Positions 25,456 through 32,000 of a stretch of 32,000 bases of DNA are shown one piece after another (position 1 is the stretch's first letter; each line of letters starts with the position of its first letter). The stretch lies in NCBI RefSeq assembly GCF_900167395.1, contig NZ_FUWK01000029.1:7192-39191 (forward strand). Direction: 5' to 3'. The translations under genes and the position numbers were made by a program. Below the pieces are notes generated by a model. The model was not told the origin of the DNA and ran no database searches. It saw only the letters and a program-made list of their open reading frames with translations. This DNA comes from Nitrosomonas europaea (GTDB taxonomy: Bacteria > Pseudomonadota > Gammaproteobacteria > Burkholderiales > Nitrosomonadaceae).

Positions 25456-26973
25456 ATGCCGGTAGACGAAAAGAAAGGTCCTTTTTCTGCGATCAATAAC
25501 AGATCGGCTGGTGAAGCCGAAGCAGGGGGCGAGATCATTCACGAAACAGGCCAGCTTCGTCGCAGCATGAGCGTATGGAACTGTTTCACGCTGGGGTTCT
25601 CGGTCGTGTCACCGGTAGTAGGGTTATACGCTATTTTCGGAGTCCAGAATCTGGTGACGGGAGGGGGGTGGATTGCCGCACTCATCTTGAGTTTGTTCAT
25701 GCAACTCATGGTAGCAACCGTCTATGCCGAGCTTTCCTCACAATTTCCCATTGCAGGCGGGGCTTATAAATGGTCCCGGCATCTGATCGGGCCCAGAACA
25801 GGGCAGTATGCCGGGGCCATTTATGTCAGTTCGACGATCGCCATGCTGACTACGACTGCGTATACGGGTGGAATGTGGCTTTCCGCGGTGATTGTGGGAG
25901 GAGATATACAGGGAGCCTCGGCAGTCCTGTGGGGAGTTGTATTCCTGTTGATTTGCACCACAGTCAACATAGTAAATCAGAAAGTTTACAAGGTAATCAA
26001 TCTGCTGGGTGTCAGTGCTGAAGTCTTGGGTTCGATATGTGTGGCACTGGTCCTGTTTTTCTTCTTTCGAATCTATCCGGTTTCGGAGTTATTTCAACAT
26101 CTGGGCACGGGACTTGCACCCACCAGCCTGACTGCCTTCCTGGCAGCATTGGCCATCGCAGGCTGGGCATTCATCGGTTTTGATTCCTGCTCGACTATTG
26201 CTGAGGAAGCACACAATCCCGAAAGAATGATTCCACGTGCAATCTTCTTGTCTCTGCTGGCAGTAGGCAGTGTAGTGCTCTTCAATTCCTCTGCCCTAAC
26301 GTTGTCGATCAGTCACGATACGCTGGTCGAGGCCAGCGCTACATCCGACCCTATCTCGCCGATCATTACCAGCACGATCGGAGCCTGGGCCGCAAAACCG
26401 TTTCTGGTGATTGTCATGACAGCCTTTCTTTCCTGCGGATCCTCAGTGGTCAATTACGTTTCACGCATCGTTTTTTCGATGGCGCGTGAAGGTAATTTGC
26501 CCGCTTTCTTTTCACAGGTAACAAGAAAAACGCAACTGCCGCGCAATGCAATCGGCGGGACCGTGCTCATGGCAGGTCTCGGGTTGCTTTTCGGACTGAA
26601 TGACGGGGCCGTTGCAACCATTATCGCTTTCGGTACCGGTGGCCTGTACGCCATGTTTTCCATGACCACGGGCGTTGGTCTATACGCACGCCTGATGGGG
26701 CGGTGGAATCCTGCATTGGGCGCGTTCAGGCTGGGAAGATGGGGGTTGGTGATCAACACCGTGGCTTTTGTCTGGGCATTATTCGAACTGATCAATATCG
26801 GCTGGCCGCGGGAATATGTGGCAGCCCCCGGAGCGCCATGGTGGCAGCTCTGGGCGGTACCTCTGGTGCTGGGCACCATACTGGCTCTGACGACGCTGCA
26901 CGTGCAGATGGGCCACAAGCGTCGGATGAAGAGGGCTCTGAGCGGTACTGTCACGGACGATCTGCAGAAGTAG
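25456..26973 (+). CDS. APC-superfamily amino acid/polyamine-type permease (candidate guanidine or urea importer)
   Basis: ORF 25384..26973. The start is set at the ATG at 25456, preceded by AAGGAGG. There are about 12 hydrophobic segments and an APC-like TM1 (FTLGFSVVSPVVGLYAIFG). It is the first gene after the riboswitch. Confidence 0.85.
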   Translation: MPVDEKKGPFSAINNRSAGEAEAGGEIIHETGQLRRSMSVWNCFTLGFSVVSPVVGLYAIFGVQNLVTGGGWIAALILSLFMQLMVATVYAELSSQFPIAGGAYKWSRHLIGPRTGQYAGAIYVSSTIAMLTTTAYTGGMWLSAVIVGGDIQGASAVLWGVVFLLICTTVNIVNQKVYKVINLLGVSAEVLGSICVALVLFFFFRIYPVSELFQHLGTGLAPTSLTAFLAALAIAGWAFIGFDSCSTIAEEAHNPERMIPRAIFLSLLAVGSVVLFNSSALTLSISHDTLVEASATSDPISPIITSTIGAWAAKPFLVIVMTAFLSCGSSVVNYVSRIVFSMAREGNLPAFFSQVTRKTQLPRNAIGGTVLMAGLGLLFGLNDGAVATIIAFGTGGLYAMFSMTTGVGLYARLMGRWNPALGAFRLGRWGLVINTVAFVWALFELINIGWPREYVAAPGAPWWQLWAVPLVLGTILALTTLHVQMGHKRRMKRALSGTVTDDLQK

Positions 26974-27050
26974 ATTGGCAGAAACTCTGTTTACAGCGGT
27001 TGGCTTGTACGGTTATCAACTGAAGTCCAATGATGATGAGGAGGTAAAAC

Positions 27051-27779
27051 ATGAATCAGGTAACGACCTATCTTTGGGAAACACATCTCCCCGGTGGCAG
27101 CCACTGGTCTGGTGTCGTGCGCCGGGGAACGACCTTGCGCCTGACAGATGTGTCAGGCGGGGCCAACGCCGCAGTGTTATTTTACAACCTGGAAGAGAAG
27201 CTGGAGCGTTACAACATGGCTGATACGCTCAAGACCCAACATACTTTCTGTTTAACCAAGGGGCACGCCTGCCATTCCGATATGGGACGGATTTTCTGCT
27301 GTATCACCGAAGATACTGCCGGTTGGCACGATACCGTATGTGGCCTGAGCGATGCTGAGCTGATACAGCAGAAATACGGTACGGGCCGGTATCAGGAGCT
27401 TCGTAATGATATGTACCGTAACGGGCTCGACGGGATGCTGGTCGAGTTGGGGAAATGGGGCCTGGGCAGACGTGACGTGGTTTCCAACATCAATTTCTTC
27501 AGCAAAGTGACGGCCAATTCTGTCGGGGAGCTGCAGTTTCATGTCAGTCACAGCAAAGCGGGTGATCACGTGGATCTGGCGTTTGCAATGGATACACTGG
27601 TGGTGCTGTCCGCTGCACCACATCCGCTCGATCCGGCAGCAACCTATCGTCCCGGTGCAGTTAACCTGGCAGTGTTTCCGTCGACACCTGCAGTAACAGG
27701 AGCCTGTGCACATATCGCGGAGAATGCACGTGGTTTGGAAAATACCCGACGTCTTTATGCTTATGGAGGTGTTAAATGA
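27051..27779 (+). CDS. DUF1989 protein, urea-carboxylase-associated family 2 (carboxyguanidine deiminase subunit type)
   Basis: 242 aa with GAGGAGG upstream. It has [53 protein letters not shown], characteristic of the family-2 member of the DUF1989 pair. Confidence 0.85.
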   Translation: MNQVTTYLWETHLPGGSHWSGVVRRGTTLRLTDVSGGANAAVLFYNLEEKLERYNMADTLKTQHTFCLTKGHACHSDMGRIFCCITEDTAGWHDTVCGLSDAELIQQKYGTGRYQELRNDMYRNGLDGMLVELGKWGLGRRDVVSNINFFSKVTANSVGELQFHVSHSKAGDHVDLAFAMDTLVVLSAAPHPLDPAATYRPGAVNLAVFPSTPAVTGACAHIAENARGLENTRRLYAYGGVK

Positions 27780-28435
27780 GCGCACAAAACCTGGTTGAAA
27801 GTACACTGAATCCTGATCATGCAGTCATAAACGAGATCTGTGACGCAGGCGAACCTTGGGTCAAGGAAATAAAGAAGGGACAGATATTTCGTATCGTCGA
27901 TCTCGAGGGTAATCAGGCGGTGGATACGCTGTTTTACAACGCACATGATGCAATGGAACGTTACAGTGCCACCGATACGGTACGTCGGCAGCACCGTCTA
28001 TATCTGACGACCGGCAGCAAACTGTATTCCAATTTCGGCAATGTCATGCTCGTCATCACGGCGGATACCTGCGGGCGGCATGATACGGTGGGCGGCGCTT
28101 GTGCAGCAGAAAGCAATACTACGCGCTATGCCCTCGATAAATATCCGATGCACAGTTGCCGGGACAGCTTTCTATATGCCCTGGCACATGACCCGGTGTG
28201 TGAGCGGCTCGGCATGAGCAAGCGAGATGTTCCAGCCAACATCAATTTCTTCATGAATGTCCCGGTAACAGAAGCAGGCAAGCTGGAATTTGCAGATGGG
28301 GTATCAGCCCCGGGCAAATATGTGGAAATGCGGGCTGAGATGGATGTGGTGGTACTGATTTCGAATTGCCCGCAGCTGAATAATCCGTGCAATGCCTATA
28401 ACCCTACGCCTGTTCGCTTACTGGTCTGGAATTGA
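27776..28435 (+). CDS. DUF1989 protein, urea-carboxylase-associated family 1 (carboxyguanidine deiminase subunit type)
   Basis: 219 aa. A 4-nt ATGA overlap with the upstream gene indicates translational coupling. It has [39 protein letters not shown] and [16 protein letters not shown], characteristic of the family-1 member. Confidence 0.85.
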   Translation: MSAQNLVESTLNPDHAVINEICDAGEPWVKEIKKGQIFRIVDLEGNQAVDTLFYNAHDAMERYSATDTVRRQHRLYLTTGSKLYSNFGNVMLVITADTCGRHDTVGGACAAESNTTRYALDKYPMHSCRDSFLYALAHDPVCERLGMSKRDVPANINFFMNVPVTEAGKLEFADGVSAPGKYVEMRAEMDVVVLISNCPQLNNPCNAYNPTPVRLLVWN

Positions 28436-28498
28436 TCACCCGTATATCGAACACAGGTATTTCTGAATTTGAACGTAACGCTGGACATGGAGATAACG

Positions 28499-30829
28499 AT
28501 GTCTGAAAAAACGTTGGATACGAACAAGATAGCTGCGCCCACCATCGATGTGCTCGTTCCGGGAATACAAACGACTATCCAGGATTATCCGGGAAGACGG
28601 GGTTACTGGAATATCGGCGTACCACCCTCGGGACCGATGGACAATCTGGCGTTCAGACTGGCCAATCGTCTGGCAGGTAATGAAGAAGGGCAGGCTGCGA
28701 TCGAGATCACTTTTGCCGGGCCAACCTTGCGCATCAACTGTGACACTGTCATCGCGGTGACAGGCGCGCCAATCGAAGTAAATCTGAACGGGAAACCACT
28801 GGCTCAGTGGAAATCGCACGAGGTTGCAGCAGGCGCACTACTTGCGTTCGGTGATGTACTGGGTCAGGGTAGCCGGGTTTATCTGGCAATTCAGGGTGGT
28901 ATTCAGGTACCAGACTACCTTGGCAGCAAGGCTACGTTCATGCTGGGCCAATTTGGCGGACATGAAGGACGCATACTGCAGGCAGGTGACGTGCTGAATG
29001 TCGTGGCAGGTAAGCATGATGGTTATACACCGCGCGAATTACCGCAGGTATCCATTCCGCACTATACCCATCACTGGGAAATCGCTGTATTGTACGGGCC
29101 GCATGGTGCGCCGGACTTTTTTACGGAAGAGGGGGTTGCCAATTTCTTTGCTGCCGATTGGACGGTGCATCATAATTCCGACCGTACCGGGGTGCGTTTG
29201 ATTGGCCCGAAACCCAAATGGGCGCGTACCGATGGCGGCGAAGCTGGATTGCATCCTTCTAACGTTCACGATGTTGCCTATTCCATCGGCGCGGTGGATT
29301 TCACCGGGGATCTGCCGGTGATACTCGGTCCGGATGGTCCCAGTCTGGGGGGCTTTGTCTGCCTGGTGACCCTTGTCCATGCGGAATTGTGGAAAATGGG
29401 ACAGCTGCGCCCGGGTGACCGTATCACTTTCCGCCGGATATCAGCTGGCGAAGCTGCAACACTGGAAGCAGTTCAAGATGCGCTCATCAGTGACTTGCGT
29501 TTGCCAGAGGCAGCATCGGTATCGACCAGCGCGAAAGTGGCAGCAACTACTGAAAGCCCGATTTTGCACACTATTCCTGAGAGTAGCGGGCAAGTGCAGG
29601 TGGTTTACCGGCAGGGTGGAGACAGGAATCTGCTGGTGGAATACGGGCCGATGATGCTCGATTTCAACCTGCGTTTCCGTGTCCATGTTTTGATGGAATG
29701 GTTGCAGCAGGCTGTAGAAAGTGGTGATCTGCCGGGAATTATAGATTTGACTCCCGGCATTCGCTCACTGCATATCCGTTTCGACGCAAAATTATTGCCA
29801 CGTAAACGGTTGCTGGATACGCTGATCACTGCAGAAAAACAGTTGCCTGCCATCGAAAATGTGGAGGTGCCGACACGTATCGTTCATCTGCCGCTATCCT
29901 GGAACGATTCGTCCGTCCAGCTGGCGATGAAGAAATACATGCAATCGGTGCGCAAGGATGCGCCCTGGAATCCGGATAACATCGAGTTTATCCGCCGTAT
30001 CAACGGACTGGACAGCATCGATGAGGTCAGACGTATCGTTTTCGATGCCAGTTATATGGTTATGGGGCTGGGGGATGTCTATCTGGGGGCGCCACTCGGC
30101 ACCCCTGTCGATCCCAGACATCGTCTGGTCACCACCAAATACAACCCGGCGCGCACCTGGACACCGGAAAATGCGGTGGGTATCGGCGGCGCTTATATGT
30201 GCGTGTATGGTATGGAAAGCCCCGGGGGTTATCAGTTAGTCGGGCGTACTGTACAGATGTGGAACACGCATGTTCAGACAAAAGATTTCAGGGAAGGCAA
30301 ACCCTGGCTCCTGCGTTTCTTTGACCAGGTAAGATTCTATCCCGTGACTGAAGCTGAACTGGCCGAGATGCGCAAAGATTTTCCGAGCGGAAAATTCACG
30401 TTGCGTATCGAGGAAGATCGTTTCAGTCTGAAACAGTACAACGATTTTCTGAAGGAGAATGCTGCCTCCATTGACACATTCAGAACGAAGCAGAAGGCCG
30501 CTTACATCGCCGAACGCGAACGCTGGAAAGCAGAAGGTCAGGAAAATTACACCACCAGTGAAATTCTGGAAGATGGTTCTGCTCCGGCTGATATTACTAT
30601 CTCGGCAGGAGCGCATGCTATACACACGCATGTAACCGGCATTGTATGGAAATTGTTGGTAAGTGAAGGACAGCGCGTGAATGCGGGCGATGATCTGGCC
30701 GTGTTGGAGTCAATGAAAATGGAATTCACGGTCAACGCGCCCATTAGTGGAGTGATACAGCGTGTATTGAGTAAAGCGGGCAGCAAAGTTACTGCCCGGC
30801 AAGTTCTTTTCGTGATCGAGGGGGGGTGA
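28499..30829 (+). CDS. carboxylase paralog with carboxyltransferase (AHS2/AHS1-like) and BCCP domains but no biotin-carboxylase domain
   Basis: ORF 28469..30829. The ATG at 28499 is preferred because GGAGA sits 5 nt upstream. It aligns from residue about 458 of the 1211-aa carboxylase onward (65 of 93 identical in the first aligned stretch, hand count). A biotinylation motif is present (VLESMKMEF). The 63 nt between the upstream stop and the start hold no ATP-grasp remnant. Confidence 0.85.
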   Translation: MSEKTLDTNKIAAPTIDVLVPGIQTTIQDYPGRRGYWNIGVPPSGPMDNLAFRLANRLAGNEEGQAAIEITFAGPTLRINCDTVIAVTGAPIEVNLNGKPLAQWKSHEVAAGALLAFGDVLGQGSRVYLAIQGGIQVPDYLGSKATFMLGQFGGHEGRILQAGDVLNVVAGKHDGYTPRELPQVSIPHYTHHWEIAVLYGPHGAPDFFTEEGVANFFAADWTVHHNSDRTGVRLIGPKPKWARTDGGEAGLHPSNVHDVAYSIGAVDFTGDLPVILGPDGPSLGGFVCLVTLVHAELWKMGQLRPGDRITFRRISAGEAATLEAVQDALISDLRLPEAASVSTSAKVAATTESPILHTIPESSGQVQVVYRQGGDRNLLVEYGPMMLDFNLRFRVHVLMEWLQQAVESGDLPGIIDLTPGIRSLHIRFDAKLLPRKRLLDTLITAEKQLPAIENVEVPTRIVHLPLSWNDSSVQLAMKKYMQSVRKDAPWNPDNIEFIRRINGLDSIDEVRRIVFDASYMVMGLGDVYLGAPLGTPVDPRHRLVTTKYNPARTWTPENAVGIGGAYMCVYGMESPGGYQLVGRTVQMWNTHVQTKDFREGKPWLLRFFDQVRFYPVTEAELAEMRKDFPSGKFTLRIEEDRFSLKQYNDFLKENAASIDTFRTKQKAAYIAERERWKAEGQENYTTSEILEDGSAPADITISAGAHAIHTHVTGIVWKLLVSEGQRVNAGDDLAVLESMKMEFTVNAPISGVIQRVLSKAGSKVTARQVLFVIEGG

Positions 30830-30965
30830 AATCATTACTACCCGTGATTATGAGAATCAGCTGGGTACTCTGGAAAAAGTCCATAATGCCGGTGTCAATG
30901 TATGCTGCGGGGTATCGCCAGAGTGGGGGAATCCCGGCGGACTCGCGCTGGCTTAGTGGAACCAG
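30828..30965 (+). pseudogene. bioB: internal fragment of biotin synthase gene (bioB relic)
   Basis: My translation from 30828 gives [28 protein letters not shown]. After a 1-nt slip in a G run at 30909-30912 it continues [15 protein letters not shown]. This matches the BioB segment [43 protein letters not shown] (E. coli, from memory). Only about 45 codons are present, with no start and no radical-SAM CxxxCxxC region. Confidence 0.65.
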
Positions 30966-30967
30966 TT

Positions 30968-31681
30968 TTAATAAAAACTCAATATTGCCTTTGTTCCTTT
31001 GCCGGCAACCGATTCGAAATTAAGTTTCCAGCCAAAGTGGGTACAGATACGTATGATCAGATCAATGCCAATTCCTCCTGATATGTATTGCCCAGACTTA
31101 GCCATTTGGGTATAGATCCTGCTTATCTCCACTGGGGACATACCGTACCCTGGATCATCAATCGTAATTGTTCCAGGGTGCTCTGAATAAATACGGATAA
31201 CACCACGGTCACAGTTCTCGATTGCATTGCGCACCAGGTTACCAATTGCGACACGAACGATATGAAGTGGTGCAACGACTGGTATTGGAGATTCGATTTC
31301 CACAGCTAGAAGCAGGTCTTTTCCCCGACAAAGATATTCGTGATCCGCCACAATGGCCGGTATTTCTGCCCGGACGTCAATGTTTTCGTTATTGTTGATG
31401 AGCGTATCCGGAGCACGTGCAAGCGCGAGAAGAATTTCCACCAGATCTTCCATCTGACTGATGATGCGCCTGGACCGAAGCAGATGAGGCTTAATGGCTG
31501 ACGTGGTATCGGGGTGATCCAGTACTACTTCGGTCACTCCGGACATGGCTGCAATAGGTGTGCGCAACTCATGACTGGCTGTGTTGATGAAATTACGTTC
31601 ACGCTCGACATATTCCTGGATTCGATCGGTAAAACGGTTAATGGCGTCTGCGATAATATAGGTTTCATAAGCTGTAGTAGT
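30968..31681 (-). pseudogene. sensor histidine kinase lacking its N-terminal sensor/TM region
   Basis: ORF 30968..31567 plus in-frame upstream codons to 31681 gives ..ADAINRFTDRIQEYVERERNFINTASHELRTPIAAMSG (H-box), NLVRNAIEN (N-box), DDPGYGM (G1) and GGIGIDL (G2). The open frame ends at a stop at 31682-31684, only about 37 codons upstream of the H-box histidine. An IS transposase gene begins about 100 nt further on. Confidence 0.7.
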
Positions 31682-31684
31682 TCA

Positions 31685-32000
31685 GATTTGATCTGACAGC
31701 AGGTCTTGCCAAGAGGTGGGATTACCCGGTTTGATAGAGGTGCGAATCTTTATCAACCAAACGCGAAAGCGTAAAGGAGTAATCCCATGAGCAGTGTTCA
31801 TCATAAAATCATTAAACACAAGATTGGCTTGCTTAATCTGGCAGCTGAGCTTGGCAATGTATCCCGTGCCTGTAAGGTGATGGGTTTTTCTCGCGATACT
31901 TTCTATCGCTATCAGGCAGCTGTGGAAACAGGAGGTGTTGAAGCTCTGATAGATGCAAACCGACGTAAGCCCAATATCAAGAACCGTGTAGAAGAAGCGA
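31685..32000 (+). mobile_element. left end of an insertion sequence (continues beyond the window)
   Basis: It abuts the truncated kinase and contains a transposase 5' end. The exact inverted-repeat boundary was not determined. Confidence 0.5.
31787..32000 (+). CDS. IS transposase, N-terminal HTH part (partial; IS481-like by recollection)
   Basis: AAGGAG sits 7 nt upstream of the ATG at 31787. My translation is MSSVHHKIIKHKIGLLNLAAELGNVSRACKVMGFSRDTFYRYQAAVETGGVEALIDANRRKPNIKNRVEEA. This resembles the N-terminus of HTH + rve-type transposases. The frame stays open to the window edge, which is why it is missing from the ORF track. Confidence 0.6.
   Translation, partial: MSSVHHKIIKHKIGLLNLAAELGNVSRACKVMGFSRDTFYRYQAAVETGGVEALIDANRRKPNIKNRVEEA

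Noticed and set aside
1-32000. Scan for CRISPR arrays, rRNA and tRNA genes
   Set aside because: I saw no regularly spaced short repeats, no rRNA-like conserved blocks and no cloverleaf-compatible GTTCGAATC-type T-arm contexts. GGTTCGAG at 6680 and 8460 lies inside the duplicated coding segment.

Overview
This 32-kb window looks like a betaproteobacterial chromosome. Hand-sampled core-gene lines are about 55-57% G+C. The taxon is an inference, and Nitrosomonas-like is only a guess.

Gene order, left to right:
- an EcsC-like gene
- a decayed VOC/glyoxalase gene
- a siderophore module: FecI-type sigma, FecR, a TonB-dependent transducer, a PepSY membrane protein and a small membrane ORF
- an accessory patch (about 6.84-11.48 kb): a decayed Phd/YefM-like antitoxin, vapBC bracketed by about 75-bp direct repeats, a decayed second copy of the PepSY 3' end, and an integrase-less array of same-strand small ORFs separated by attC-like sites, one of them a textbook 60-bp attC
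- a frameshifted lplT-plsC-aas fusion gene
- nrdAB with a perfect NrdR-box palindrome
- an MltD-like transglycosylase

The most notable region is 20.9-30.8 kb. Two near-identical guanidine-I (ykkC) riboswitch aptamers sit back to back. One faces a 1211-aa urea/guanidine carboxylase on the minus strand. The other faces a plus-strand operon: APC permease, two DUF1989 (carboxyguanidine-deiminase-type) genes, and a 776-aa carboxylase paralog that has no biotin-carboxylase domain.

The right edge holds a bioB relic, a histidine kinase missing its N-terminus, and the start of an IS transposase.

No rRNA, tRNA or CRISPR was seen. All family assignments come from motif recognition by eye; no searches were run.
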